64,000 nucleotides of DNA, taken from contig OZ316893.1 in NCBI GenBank assembly GCA_973895155.1, positions 27,662,210 through 27,726,209 on the forward strand. Direction: 5' to 3'. A model generated the notes under the pieces. The model was not told where the DNA came from, ran no database searches, and worked only from the letters and a program-made list of their open reading frames with translations. The position numbers were made by a program, and so were the translations under genes. The stretch is from Marsupella aquatica. Its lineage: Eukaryota; Plantae; Marchantiophyta. Numbering within the stretch: position 1 is the first letter of the stretch; each line of letters starts with the position of its first letter. Below are positions 49,711 to 64,000 of the stretch, piece after piece.

Positions 49711-52700
49711 ATGTCAGACACTCCCACAGACGAGAGTGCTCATCATGGAGTAAGTAAAAGGTCTTCACTGAGCTCCAATGATAGCACTCCATTGCATCCC
49801 CATGCAGCGGGAGCACCCGGTAATGATGACGACTATGACAGTGATGGTGACTCACCCTCGTACGATTCTTACCATTGATCTCATTCATTCATTGGTCAAA
49901 TGAGGGAGAGGCACCGAGTCATTTGTGCGCATCATTATTTCTCCCGGGCGGGCTTACTGAGTTTTGGTGTATAGTTTTTGGATCATTCGATCTATCTCGC
50001 GCAGTTGCAGTTAGGGGAATCCTCTCTCCTTAATATGAACGACGGATAAATGACCTCCGTGCCCCTGTCGAATTAACTGTAATAAGTCCGTTGCGCATTT
50101 CAATTTTGCAAACTTTCGTGCTTTGTGTTATTGTGTGCTAATACGTAGAATTAAGCTTTCGTTGGTATTGCAGCCTTCCCATAGTGGGACTCACGTGCTG
50201 TCTTTATGAACACTCTTCTCACAGTTCTCATTAAGCTTCCGACAATGTAGATTCTTTATATAGTGGCCATCGTAGCTTTTGTTATTTACATCAGATCTAA
50301 ATCAATCACAGCTCTTTTAGCGGGGAAGCAAATTCGCTTAACGGCGGGGAGCAGTTTGATGGCATGAAAGATGGTAATCTTGCCGGTTCCAATGGGGATC
50401 AAAGGTGTGTTGACTTTCAGAGTTTCCTTCGCTCACTTGATATGCAATTCAATGATGATGTTTCCCTCTGCTGTCTCGGGCAGTTAGGTAGTTACTTTTC
50501 TGCGGCTGTGGTTGTCCATCCTCATTCGTATAGCGGGAAATTTATGAGTTGCCCTACATGATCTAACAAAAGTTGAAATGGAGTAAGGCAGGACGGTTTA
50601 ACGAGTTCATGATTAGTTTTGTTAGTAACACTGTTATCGTAGAAAATCCAATGTTGTATACCTGTTGCCCCGCGTGTCATATTCTTTTTCCATGACCTTT
50701 CAGTATTCCGTTGGTCTACTAGCAGATCCTGTAGAAATGCCTCAGTGTGATGGAACTTACGTCTTGATCTGTTATATTTTGGCAGAGCTAGTATTGTCTC
50801 CACTTTATTGGTTCCTGAGCTTGCTGGCGCTGCTACTGTTCTGGACAAGTTTCAGGTAACGTAGTAGGGCTTTTTCACTGGACTTGAGTCCACTGTGCTA
50901 GACTCTCCTCCTATCTTGACAAAGTACTGTTTGCAACCGGCGGGAATTACGAGATTTTGTACTTAACTCGAGATGTTGTCTGCCGACAATTTTGAGGATT
51001 GAAAGCGTCCTCACTGTAAAGTGTCTGGGTTTAATAAGAAACTTCAGTTAGTGCTTTAAGTTGATCTGTTTCGTAATGCGTGCAAACGTGACGTCCTGCT
51101 TTACCGGCTCCTTCAACGGAACTGTAGCTCTTTCGTGCGTGTAGTTTCACAACCTAAGAGTCTGGAAACTCCTCAACTTCTCATGATCATCATTTGATGT
51201 TTCCACCTGGTGGTGGTCTCGTCCTTTCATCTGGCGTCTTTCATTCTGAGAGGCTCATTTTCTTATTGATTGAATCGATTTGAAAGGGTAATGTCGTTGA
51301 ACCGCTATGAGTGATCGGATGTAGATTGTCACGAACTGGAAAATTTCTGATTGAGATAGACGACGACACGTCTGTAGGGACGGATAATTGAAACCACTAC
51401 CCACTGACGTAAAATTCAATTGCAAAGCATTCCTTATATTCAACTCGAAGAGATCGTGGAAACCATTCGAAAGATTCGCCGTTTGAAGTTAGTCAAGAGG
51501 AAAGTAGACTGCTAAGTGTAAACAGGGAGCACTTTGGGAGAAATGGCGCTTCGCAGATTATTTCTTGGTGCAAAATTAGGTGCCGTCGAGTCTGTTTTCA
51601 TGGATTGTACGTAATGTAGGTGGAGGCCTTCCTAAGGGCTATGCAGAAGCAGTTACAAGCTGGTGGAAGACGAAGTTTCTTTGGAAAAAAGGCCGTGGCG
51701 CCGCAAGGGCGAGATAAGTACACCTTGGAGGACATGCTTTGCTTCCAACGAGTAAGCTCTCAATCGTATTTAATCGTACCTATTGTCGTGAAAGCTCAAG
51801 CCAAGTCAAAACTTTCTTCCCAAGGTTCCCGTTGGATGAGTTATTGCTTATTTGCAAGTACATTCGCTAGGGGATATATGTCGCCAAAAATATGAATTGG
51901 GGATTGTCTCCTGTTGATGTGCCCTTGATTGAACTCATCTTGTTGTCGTACTTGCAGGAACCCATTCCTACATCCCTCCTGAAAATGAACAGTGAGTTGA
52001 TGAGCCGGGCTGTGAAACTTTTTCAAGTAGTTCTGAAGTACACTGGTGCCGATGTTAGTGTTGGGACGACACCACCTACAGCGCAAGAACAGATTGACTA
52101 TGTTCTGAAACTTTACAAGCACACCTTAAAACGTCAGGAGCTACGTGATGAGCTATTTGCTCAGCTATCTAAACAGACACGCAACAATCCAGACAGGTTG
52201 TCTATCGTTTTCCAACAAAAAGTTCTAGACTGTTTGTCGCTTACGTATCTGAGTCGACATCTTTAGTGCTTCCTATCACTAATTAACTTAATTGTATGAC
52301 TTTACAGACCATCCCTGTTGAAGGCTTGGGAACTCATGTACTTGTGTGCGTCAGCTATGCCTCCGGGCAAGGAGCTGGGAGCATACTTATCGGAGTACGT
52401 CCATGATGTGGCAACTGCCTCAGGGGGGGACCATGAGGTGCAGGCGGTAGCTCTCAATACGTGGAATGCGTTGAAAAGGTCCGTCAAAGGAGGACCGAGG
52501 AGACTCAGTCCTGCACAGGAAGAAATTGAGGCCTTGTTAGCCGGTCGTAAACTCACTACGATTGCTTTCTTTCTGGATGAGACTTTTGAAGAGATCACTT
52601 ACGATATGACTACAACGGTTTCTGATGCCGTTGAGGTAAGGGTTTGGCGGATTTCGGCGCTTTTCGCACTTTCTTATCTTATGCTTTGATCTAGTTTTCT

Positions 52701-55700
52701 CATTCAGTTTCCCAAAGGCTGGACAATTTGAGGTTAGTTTCGGGGAGCATTCAATCAAGATCTAATCTGGATTTTTCTTCATTGCTTTTCTCAATATAAC
52801 CTTTTAATTCAGGCAACCCTTAATTATTTGAGAATCTCAATGGACCCTTGCGCTGACGAATAGGCATTGTATTTTCTCAGGAGCTTGCAGGAATTATTAA
52901 GCTGACATCATATAACACTTTCAGTTTATTTGAATGTCGTAAGGCTGTGACTGGATCCAAAGCGATCGATAATGGAAGTGGTAAGCTATTGAGATTCTCT
53001 CAGCTCCCAGAATGTTGGTGATGAATTCCCTTAAAATGTCCCACTATTACTTCACTTGATTGCGTCCCGCTGGAGTTCATGACCTATGGCGATTACTGGT
53101 GATCATCCATTGGACGTCGTACTTCGAAAATTTTCTTGGCACATGACCTACACCCCACCCCGTCCCCTTGTCTATTCTAGCATTATTCGCAAATGACCAG
53201 AAAGTCTCAAACTTGAGGTAGCCCCTGGACGCAGCAGTCTTACTTCCGATTGTGCTTTCTTAGATTCGAAAGCCTTTGGAAGGCAACTCTTTCGTGCCTT
53301 TTGTTTCCGAGGCAGGTAAAGTAGAAAGTGAGGAAACCGGGCATCTTGTGGATTGGAGCTACCAGAGCTTTAGTCGCAAGAGTCCAATGCTTTTAATCCT
53401 AGTAGATGTAAAATGCACCTGTTAAGCATTTGATACGTTGGTTGTCTACAGAGGAGCACATCAGCTTGGACGATAATAAGTACATTGGGGACATTGTTGC
53501 TGAGTTTAAGGCATCGAAGGAGCGTAATAAAGGAGAAGTTGTACAATGTAAACTCCTTTTCAAGAAGAGACTCTTTAGAGAGTCCGATGAGGCGATCACC
53601 GAACCGATGTTTGTACAGCTATCGTATGTGCAGGTACTTAAGCATGCATTTTCGAAATTCTCGTGGATTTTCTGAAAGACACTGGATGGTACATAGAACC
53701 CATTCGATGCAGTATATTACAACGCAACTTCTTCGGAGGAATGGACGAACGTACCAATCTTTTGTTTTGCTCTACAGCATTTATGGATCTCTGAGTACCA
53801 ATTAAAGTAGGTGGTCGGCGGTTTAGAGCACTGATGTAATCATTGGAATGTGTAAAACTGCCCTTGGCCTTCTCTGATATATGAATGAATCTACTGTGAA
53901 AGTTTAGTCACTCAGCGGTGTTCTGTCCATTCGATGCAGTCACAACATGACTACATGCTCGGAAATTACCCAGTTGGTAGAGATGATGCAGCTCAACTCG
54001 GAGCTCTGCAAATACTAGCAGAACTTGGCTCAGTTGCCAATCCAGAGACGGGCATGTAAGTTCTGCTTCATTCTCTTCAACTAGCAGTGGTTTGTGGACA
54101 ACTCTCGTACAAAATCTTGCTATGATTCCAGATATACTACTCAATCTCACCTTTCCGAGTTCAAAGAAACGTATATTCGGATGACAATGGCAGGGTTTTG
54201 CCCTCACCTTTAAATGGGTATGTAAGTTCCTGGTTCATTCATCTTGAAGTAGCAATGGCTCGGGACAACTCTCGTACACAACCTTGTTGTGATTCCAGAT
54301 ATGCGGCTCATTCTGATCTTGCAGAGTTCAAAGCAACGGATATTCGGATGACAGTGGCAGGGTTTTGCCTTTACCTTTGAATGCTCTAGTTGTGTTATGT
54401 GGTTTGGCAATTATGAGATTCATGAGGAAGCTAGTGTTCTACTTGTACTGTGTATTGACGAGAATGCTGTGATTTGCAGGGATTGGTCTCAGCTGGTGGA
54501 TCGGGTCTTGCCGAAACAAGTTGCAGTCACGCGGCCGAAGAGAGAGTGGGAGCCTGATATATTGACGCGCTACCGGGCATTGGTGAGATTAAAAGAAACG
54601 GTCCTCACTCTTCTATTTCTGTGGCTAAGTTTGTGTCAGGAATCTTTCTTATCGCAGTTTCCCGGTCCATGAAGGTTTATCTGACAGTTATTTGCTGTAC
54701 GGCAGGCACACTTATCGAAGGATGATGCAAGGCAACAGCTGCTGCGCATTCTACGATCCCTGCCGTATGGGAATTCTGTCTTTTTCAGTGTTCGGAAGAT
54801 CGAAGATCCAATTGGCCTTCTGCCGGGGCGAATCATTCTAGGCATCAATAAGCGAGGGGTAGGTGCATTGACAAAGGATGCTGTTGCTGGTTGTGCCGCT
54901 GGTCAGCTTTGGAACCTCTTAGATATAGGGTCACAGTCAGTTTATCAACCTGTGAACGGTTAATAATTGTAAAACCTGAAGGGACAGTTTAGCCAAGTGA
55001 TCAATCACTTTCTTGTGCTGTACGTTGGAGCAATTTTGATCGGCTTCCGATGTGTTCTCTTGTTTCCCATCCCTATCTACAGAAGCTAGAATCAACTTTT
55101 TATTTATCTTATATTTGGTCGCGCAGGTGCATTTTTTCCGACCCGTACCGAAAGAGTATTTGCATTCAGCAGAGTTGAGAGACATCATGCAGTTTGGCAG
55201 CAGCAATACAGCGGTGTTCTTCAAGATGAGGGTGGCCGGTGTGCTGCACATCTTTCAATTCGAAACGAAACAGGTTGCTACAGTTCTTTTTGTCTCATGG
55301 CTTAGAGAACTAAAACTTTCACTCCAGTTTCTTGTCCAAGGCAAGAGGAAATCGAGTTTAGGGATAAGAAACTTTAAGGGAGAGTTTTTTTTCATTCAGC
55401 TTGTGTATTTTGAAAGCTAGGCACTCATGTCGTGCTTCTGCTTCTTGTCGTCTACAGGGTGAAGATATTTGTGTTGCTTTGCAAACTCATATCAATGATG
55501 TCATGCTGAGGCGTTACTCAAGGACTCGGAACTTAGCCAATGGAAACGCTCCAAATGGGGCAGAGCAAGTCAGTGTAACCAGTACCAAACCCCCCGGTGT
55601 CGAAGTTTACGAGAAACATGTGCAAGAGATCACTAGGCTTTTGGAAGACTCTCAGAAGAAGATTGACCAGGCAAGCGTCTATGATTCATTGCTTATTGAG

Positions 55701-58700
55701 TGCTTTGACTGTGCAGTTTATCGTCTTGCCAGATACTACCCTCTTGATATGATTTTTAGCTAAAGGTCTACACTCCTGTTCTTCCCGGCACCCCTCCTTC
55801 GTCTTCCGTATTAGTGGCATGGTAATTATAAACTTTCTCGAAATGGATATGTATCTGATATTGGCTCATACTGGAAGAAGGGAAATCCCTGCAGCACGTT
55901 TCACCATGGAAAGTTTGTGGCTTGTTAAGATTTTTAATAGTTCAATAGTTAATGGGTGACATCTATGATGCCACCTCTGTTTGTGTTCATTTTTCCAACC
56001 GTGTTACTTTCCTACAGCTTTCGGAAGAGCTAAGGTCGAGAGAAAAGAGAGAAAAGGAGATGGTGGAGGAACTAGCAGGGTTGAAGGATGCGCTTAAAGC
56101 CGAAGAACAGACGCGCACTGAGCTCTCTGAGGAAAGAGACCGCCTGTCAACGCAGCTTGCAGAGGTAGAGGTACGTGTTCATTAATTCCTTGAGTGCAAA
56201 GTTTTCTGGTTGAACTCTTTTCGCTTAAGCTTGGGCCCTAACAATCGAAGCGATAACATCCATCTCCATGCAAGGCAGTGTCTGTGCTCCTTCTAGTCAA
56301 TCTGATCACGAGGCTCTGTAAGGAATTGTCATCCTAATGTATGTTAGTTCCAAGAGTCCTAGGAACCAGGGTAAGAGGGCTTGCTAATTTTGAGAAATTC
56401 CTTGGTTAGCCTGTGCACCATCGTGGATTCGTTTTGCGATCTCTGATTATATCATGGCCTCTGTTTGTTGCAGTCTGCCCTTGCAGAAAAGGGATCTGGA
56501 GAAGATGCGAGTGGGTTGGAATCTGATAGTACTCCAACAAAAAAAGGAGCTCGTGCATCATTATCCAGGCGAGACAGAGACTTGCCTCCGGCTGGGAAAG
56601 ATAAAGCGAATCTTGAACATCAGGTGGAGGGCACTGTTACCATCCATTCGGGTTACTTTGCAGTGTTGACATACGAAATTTCTGAGAGCTTAAGTTCATG
56701 TCAAATGCCTGACAATTGTAATGTTCCATGTGTCTCAGCGGTGCCTTTTCTAACCCTTCGACATTCTATTAAACCTGTGGTCTTTGTTGGTTTTTCAGTT
56801 GAGAGTGAAGACCGAAGAGTTACGGAAGTCAGAACAGTCCTTGAAAACTCTTGCAAGAGAAAAGCAACTTCTTGAGCAAAAGATTGCGCGACTGGAGTCT
56901 AACAAGACAACGGAAGTAAGGCTTATGAGACACGACATCTTTAGGATATGAAGTGATTTGCATAGGGGATACTTCATTGAATTAAATGAGTTTTTGACGA
57001 GCCACCGTGGCTGCGCTGATTAAGGGTTCTTGTACGAATGAAGTAAAGTAGATTATTCGAAATGGTATCCAAGGTGCCCTTGTCAGCTCATTATCTGTCG
57101 GCGGTCCTAACATATTTTGAGTTGTTCCAGACGAAACAGCTGGAGGAAGGTTTTAAGCACGAGCGTGATGAACTCAGGGTCCGTGTGGCCGATTTAGAAA
57201 AGAAATTACAAGAGCGCACACAAGAACTTAGCGCATCTGAAAGTACTCTTGCTACGCGAGGGGCGGATTTTGATTCCTTGCAGACAAATATCAAGGAGTT
57301 AGAAGATCTTCGAGAGATGAAAGAGGTAAGCTTTTGGTCGCTCTACAACTCTTCCCAACTGCAAAACACTTTCGGATGTGTATCTCAGGATTATAGAAAG
57401 TCTTCTGGCATCAACCCATAAGTCATATGACACAGTAACTCATGATGAAGAGTATAATATTGTTCAGGATACGTCCACGTACAGCACAGTAGTAATTTCA
57501 ATCCCGACTAAGACCTGCGGGATGTAGTCGGAGTCGGAGTGATGGGATCATTGGGCTGGGGACATTGCTTGCTCTTCGACTAACATCCTATTCTCCACAG
57601 GATATTGACCGCAAGAATGAGCAGACAGCTGCTATTGTGAAAAGACAGGCTGATCAAATTGTAGAACTTGAAGGTTTATACAAAGAAGAGCAGATACTAC
57701 GCAAGCGTTATTTCAACATGATGGAAGGTCTGTTGCTCCTTATATTATAGCACTAACTAGACCAGTTGCCACATTGGTGATTCGACACAAGTACTAGCAC
57801 TCTTTTACAAGCTTGGCTCCGCTGTAGTACATACTTTGGCTGCTCCTATCCATGGGATTGCCACAAATGTAGATCTTCTGCTTGGAGTCAACTTTAGAAT
57901 TTCTTCGAGTTCCAATCATCAGAGCACTTCTAAAAAAACAGAGATGTCTTCTTTATCTCTTACCTAGTAAACTGCAGGCATATTTGTATTTAAATTCCGT
58001 GCCATGTTTCCTGCTGCAGATATGAAAGGTAAAATTAGAGTGTATGCAAGGTGGAGACCTTTGAGTGATAAGGAAATAAGAGAGAACCAGAGAGTGGCTC
58101 TCCAGTCTCCTGACGAGTTCACTGTAGAGCACCCATGGAAGGATGAGAAGAAGCAACATCAATTCGACCATGTCTTTGACGATGTCAGCACACAAGAAGA
58201 TATATTTGAGGATACTAAGGTAAGCCCCTGAGCACAAGTATGTTGCGGGAAGGGCGGACGTCGTCTGCATCTTCTCTAGCAAGTTCTTTCGAAGTGTACG
58301 GAAATCGCACTCGAGCTATGTTTGTCGATATGTGTAATCCTCACAAACAATCCGCTGGATGCGTTTGGTGCAGTATTTGGTGCAATCAGCAGTCGATGGG
58401 TTCAATGTCTGCATATTTGCTTATGGGCAGACTGGTTCTGGGAAAACTTTTACCATTTATGGTACAGCGCAAAATCCTGGGATCACTCCCAGGGCTACTC
58501 GAGAGCTTTTCAATATCATGAAGAGAGATGCCAACAAGTTCTCTTTCTGCTTAAAGGTCTGATCTCCTTGCTCTCCCATAATGATGAGGTACAATGGTAG
58601 GCCGATCTCCTTGCTCTTGCATAATTTAAACTAGCTGAAGTGACTATATATGTAAACTTCAGTGCATTCGTAAAACATCAAAACCGTGTATACTGGGCAG

Positions 58701-60207
58701 CTTACGAAGGAATGTGGTATCAGTCATCCAGCGCCGTCTCTTACCCCAGTCACTTTAGCCTCGAGCTCTTACAAACCTAGAGACCCAAATAAACCGGGCA
58801 GTAGCACTTAATTTACGTGGAGTTCACCATGGAAGATTTCACGTTTGTCATTCATTGTTTCTGCGGGTAATCTGGGCCCAGGTGTACATGCTTGAAATCT
58901 ATCAAGACACTTTGGTGGATCTTCTGGCCCCACCAACTGGAAGGGCTAGTATCAAGCCCAGGAAACTGGAAATTAAGAAGGACTTGAAGGTGAGTTCTCT
59001 TTGTCCATTTAAGACTGTCCTGTGATTTACTTTTTGGTTGTTATTGACAATCAATACCTCCGAATGTCACGACTTGGGCTGCTGCTAAGTTGACTTTGGA
59101 TTTGATGCAGGGTATGGTTGTGGTAGAAGGAGCGACACTACTTACGGTGGCAACTTTGGATGAATTGGAATTAATTCTTGCAGAGGGCACGAAGAGGCGA
59201 CATGTGTCAGGGACTCAAATGAATACTGAGAGTTCTCGTTCTCATCTGATATTGTCTATAATTATTGAGAGCACCAATCTGCAAACGCAGGTCCTTGTGA
59301 AGGGCAAGGTAAAGTTATCTAGTAAAGTAACCCAGCGAATAGTCATTCCTCGCTATCGTCACAGACTTTGGCAATTCTAGCTCGACTTTTTGATTGAAAC
59401 AAAAACACTGGCAAGCTGTTAGTCTGTAATTGTGAAGTGTATCTCAGCAATTGTGAAATCTCAATTCTCAAATATTTAGAAGCTGATTAACTTCATGGTT
59501 TTTTCCCTTCTTTTGCAGCTAAGTTTCGTTGACTTGGCTGGGTCTGAGAGAGTGAAGAAGTCTGGTTCAAGTGGAGAGCAACTAAAAGAGGCTCAAAGCA
59601 TCAACAAATCTTTGTCAGCCCTGGGTGATGTCATCAGTGCACTGGCAACTGATGAACCGCACATTCCTTACCGTAATCATAAACTGACAATGCTCATGAG
59701 TGACTCTTTGGGTGGTAATGCGAAAACACTCATGTTTGTAAATATATCTCCTACAGAATCAAACCTCGACGAAACATACAATTCTCTGTGGTGAGTGTTC
59801 CCCTTCTAATTTGATCGGAAGTGTCTAATGCCTGCAAATGTGGTGTCATGTCGCAGTGAATCGTGTGCTTTGTTGAGGGCAATAGCAGGCGTTTTAAAGA
59901 AACATTGGGGGATTTACTATGCTAATTGATGAGATTGGACTAATGAGGGTTTTGGATGTCGTAACACAGCTATGCCACTCGAGTGCGGTCCATCATCAAT
60001 GAAGCTAGCAAAAATCTTACTACCAAAGAGATACTGAAATTGAAAAAGCAAATCGCGCATTGGAAGGAGCAAGCGGGCAAGAAACCCGAAGACGAGGATC
60101 TTGAAGATGTTTCACAGGATCGCGCTACAACGCAGGACCGGGGAGGAACAGCAGCTCCTACCCAGGAGCGATCTCCCAAAACACCAGCTCCGAAAACCCC
60201 CGAGTGA
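49711..60207 (+). CDS. KCBP: Kinesin-like calmodulin-binding protein (kinesin-14; MyTH4-FERM-coiled coil-C-terminal motor-CaM-binding helix), ~24 exons
   Basis: Probable ATG 49711 (MSDTPTDES…TPLH…DDYDSDG), stop 60205-60207. MyTH4 (EPIPTSLLK…[19 protein letters not shown], 51958-52635); FERM (52881-55273: [27 protein letters not shown]); coiled coil 56018-57727; motor ([45 protein letters not shown]); CaM-binding [23 protein letters not shown]. Confidence 0.96.
54056..54387 (+). repeat. ~166-bp diverged tandem duplication at the start of a KCBP intron
   Basis: Units start gtaagttc at 54056 and 54222 and share ggacaactctcgtaca, gattccagatat, gagttcaaag and tattcggatgaca.tggcagggttttgcc. Confidence 0.9.
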
Positions 60208-61367
60208 TGGGTTCTTTTAACAGTGCGTTGAAAGCATAGCGGGAGAAGATGAATTTGAGAAGAGTGTTTCCTTCGAGGAGATAGCCCGGGTGTTAATATT
60301 TGCCCTGCCGCGGGGCTCAATTTTTTCTTCCTTTTTTCATTTCTGATATTGGTCATGGAAGTCAGTTGTTGAGAGCAAAGTAGAGGGTCTAGTATATTTA
60401 TAAAAAACGGCTTTCCTCTTCAAATTTTAGGAGGGCAGCGTCGAGCACATTGAGCTGTAATTGTAAGGTTGTGAATGCAGGTAATTTTTCTCCAAGTGTC
60501 TGCTCTGCACCCTTCCCATGGTATATCTGACACTCTGCAAAGTGGTGCGACCATCTTTTAGTGCGATGTACTTGCTCATAGATATTTATGGAGATTTTTG
60601 CCGACCTCCTTCACGGAAGATCTAACCCGCTGTCACTTTCTCAAGCTCATCTCTCGCATGGTTGACAGCATTGAGTGTGGTATTTGTTGGAGAATCGTGC
60701 GCTTTTTGTGTATTGTCCACGCGTCTCATGGTTTATATCGAATCTCTGGTAACACGCAATGCAAGCCTCATACAAAAAGTGGAGATGGCTTCTCTCTTGC
60801 CGGATGAGGACGCGGTCCTGATCTGGGTCCCTCTGATATGTGAGCATGTGTTACTTGCGGTGCGGGATGGGTGAGCGCTTCCAGAAGGCTGGGAGCAGGC
60901 ATAGTTTTCTACTGAATTCCATCTGTATTTTATAGAAGGGAAGTAAGGATTCGACAGTAGTACAAATAGAGTAAACTAGTGAAATACAATCGCGCGTGTG
61001 AGTTTCTGACAATGTGGTACAACCACAGACAGAAACCGTCGAAAGAGGAAACGAGATAACAAATCCAAACCAACATTCAGTTTCAGGGCGTGAAACATAC
61101 ATGAGGAAGTAGATGCTTCGCACTTCATTACACGAGAAACTTTTGAAATACAATCAGGCGTGTCATTTAGTAGATTGGAGATAGAAACCGTTAAATTAGA
61201 AAAGGAGATGACAAACCCAAACCAATAATTTCGAGGTCGGGGCGTGAATCTATTGAATGTCGTACTGTATGCTCCGTAATTCATTACACGAAAAACCAAG
61301 ATGTTCCGTAATTAATTACACCTGGAACAAAGTAGACCGATCTGTGCTCAAATGAAGCATGGTCCTA

Positions 61368-61455
61368 GTACATCCATGTGCTTAGAGGAGAGTTCTTTTA
61401 CCCACTGATTAGTCTTGTACATCCATGTGCTTAGAGGAGAGTTCTATTAGCCATT
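61368..61455. repeat. 49-bp-period tandem duplication
   Basis: gtacatccatgtgcttagaggagagttct at 61368 and 61417. Confidence 0.9.
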
Positions 61456-61605
61456 GACTGACAGTAAATCACATAAAATAATTGTAGGGTGGTCACCCTA
61501 ATACTTTGATTCGCACTTGTTATTGACGGATCAATTGAATTATGCAAGCTAATTGTATACCGAAGTGTATTTCTTGTCAAAATTTACACCGAAGGCAATA
61601 TAGAT

Positions 61606-61667
61606 TTGCAGATCCGATTTGCAGATCCGATTTTCGAATTTTGGATGTCTGCAAATCGGATCTGCAA
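61606..61667. repeat. Perfect 20-bp inverted repeat (22-nt loop)
   Basis: ttgcagatccgatttgcaga (61606-61625) and tctgcaaatcggatctgcaa (61648-61667). Confidence 0.95.
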
Positions 61668-64000
61668 GAGGGTGCAAGGGTTTAACATAGGTGAGAGAAG
61701 GTTCTGATTCTTGCGTGCATTCCTATAGGATTATAACGTCCCGTGCCTTGGAGTTGTGAGTTTGAACTCCAACATTGATTGGGTCAATGGCCAGGACAAA
61801 ATTGGGGAAACCCACTGGACGAGTCTTCAAATCTGTTGATGGACTTTCAAGTGCTGAAGCAATTCTCAAACATTTCTTGTAGGCCTTCAGGGAAGAACAC
61901 GTTTCCAGATTCTCTGGGAATTTCCTGGAGGATGAATATTGATTGCAATGCCTAACAAGGGTTCAAGGGTATGGCGCACTGTTTCATTCCAATCTCAAGG
62001 AAAGATAGGTTGGTTCAAGTATTTAAGGCACACAAAGTGGAACATGATCAGTACAGCACTGTCACGACTGATTTTGTTGTTGCCAAGGCATGGCAGCAGG
62101 TACTCGAGCATTTGCTACGATTATCCTAGCTTGTTTTAATTATTACTTTGGAGCAAAGCAGGATGTGCTATTTGTGGATCAACTTGAGTGTAACAGAGCG
62201 ATTGATCATCAGCACTTTCCGTTGCATTTGAGGGGAGACATTTCTATGACATCATATCCCAGGTGAGAAGAAGCCAATTGAAATCTCTCCTTTGTCTGAA
62301 GACATGGTCAACGGACTCCAGCAGGGGAATGCCAAGGGGCTGAGAATGTGGATGCCATGAGTGCTAGCCTCAATGCATTAATATCTACATTCTTGGGTGG
62401 TCCTGTGGTGCACTGTGCATCATGCAATCTCGGATGGTAGCTGACATAAAGGTGAATCCATTCATTTCAGTCTATGGACATTTGGGCATTATATATTATT
62501 CAGTGTACATTTGGTTTCAAAAAGTGTACATTTGGGCAAGCATTTCAGTCATGGCCATTAGACTTACCACCATGTTTATACTAGGCTTCGTAAATGAACT
62601 AAGACTAGACTCTTTCTTGGAAAAATCCCTTTTGTCCCCTCAAGTTTACAATTGACCATTTAGGTGTAGAGTAGTGTAATATAGACAGTGTACATTTTAG
62701 TGTTAAAAAGTGTATATTGAGAGACCAAAAAATGAACATGTAGGGGCCCTAAAAGTGAACACAAGAAATACACTTTTGATGAATAGAGTGATTCACCTTG
62801 AGCTAAATGAATCTCAATGCGCTTAGTTGGTAGACAAGCAAGAGGAGTGAGGAGCTGAAGCAAAGAAAAAACACAAGATGCAGACATGACGGCTCTTGAG
62901 CTGGACAATGCCATATTCATGTGACAGACTGCAGAGGCAAATTGTCATGGCTGAGGCGGAATGCCATAGGAAATGGAAGGAAGTTCCGATGTTCCAGAAA
63001 TCCACTATAGCTGCAGAGATCAGGGGCAGTTTCAAGAGTTGAGGACTGATACAGGCAGAGTGGCTGAAACTGTGAAATCACCAACAACCTCAATCATCAA
63101 CAGATCTACAAAAGGAGCTTGATGTGGGCTTACCTTCAAAAGCAGCCAGCCAACAAGAAGCCCTTTCTCCATCCGAGATATTCTGGAACTTTCACCTGCC
63201 GAGAGAGCTATCCAGGATAGATTGCTTGGGGCACATTATTGCAGAGAAGGACCCAAAGGAGGTTTGGATAAGTTGCCGCCTCTTTGGATGTAGATGCCAA
63301 GGAAGTCACAAACGCCAACGAGAGTACAATGCAGGCTCAAGAGCAGATGTCTCGACATTATGAGTGCTCAAAAGAGCTGAAGTTTACCTTCAAATTGTTT
63401 GCATGCCAAGCTTTTTGCAACAGAAATGGTCAGTTGGTACATAGCGTCCTGATTTTTGCTTGGATTCTTGGGTAATTGACAGTTCTTTGCACTCTGTATG
63501 TAATACTTGGGAAAGATCTGACCCTCGATCACTACAAGCTAGCATTCGATTTGGGCCATAATCCCTGGCCTACCCACATTTTCCAGGTGTGCCAACATTT
63601 TATTACTAACCATGATGGTAAAATCACCGTGTGCGGACCTCATTACGCCAGGCCCAATCCCAGCCTGGGACCAGAATGCGCAACCGGTTGTAACCAAATT
63701 CCTTCGTCTGTCTTGGTCCTCAAAGATGGTGACTTGGAGCATGGAGCTGTGTGTGCAACTTGTGGATCTTTAATATACCTGTCTATTTCTTGATGCCCTT
63801 CCTGATTTTTCCCTCTATATTTTCTTTCCCTTCATGATTTTCCCTTTGTATTTTTCAGGGCATCCTGGGAGCAGAAAGCCAAAGTCGAGATCTGGATCAC
63901 TCCTCTTTAGGGAGATTCTCCTCTGCTTTTACTAAAGTCTAAGAAACAAGATCTATCAGATCTTTAAGTGTAGTAAGATCCTGTTTCGAAGACGTCATAG

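Noticed and set aside
61750-63800. Degraded gypsy integrase or hAT transposase
   Set aside because: Only faint hints (e.g. MQAQEQMSRHY) and no catalytic motif readable; a profile search is needed.

Overview
Eukaryotic nuclear DNA from a land plant; gene style and TE families suggest a non-seed plant, probably a bryophyte (inference). The first ~22.5 kb is a nest of transposons: an open minus-strand ORF running off the left edge, a nearly intact Bianca-lineage Ty1/copia element, a CACTA-type terminus with a G-rich TTTAGGG-containing minisatellite, a degenerate Ty3/gypsy element carrying two nested insertions, and LINE remnants. Three intron-rich host genes follow: STT3A (minus), MAP1A (plus) and the kinesin KCBP/ZWICHEL (plus), separated by TE debris (Harbinger transposase relic, foldback insert). 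The standout is the gypsy element at ~12.2-20.2 kb. Its polyprotein has a DNMT3-like C5-cytosine methyltransferase domain (motifs I-VI and VIII-X readable) between protease and reverse transcriptase, and a PHD finger after the integrase. It therefore encodes both a DNA-methylation writer and a putative histone reader, although this copy is pseudogenised. Exon and TE boundaries were read by eye and may be off by a few bases.
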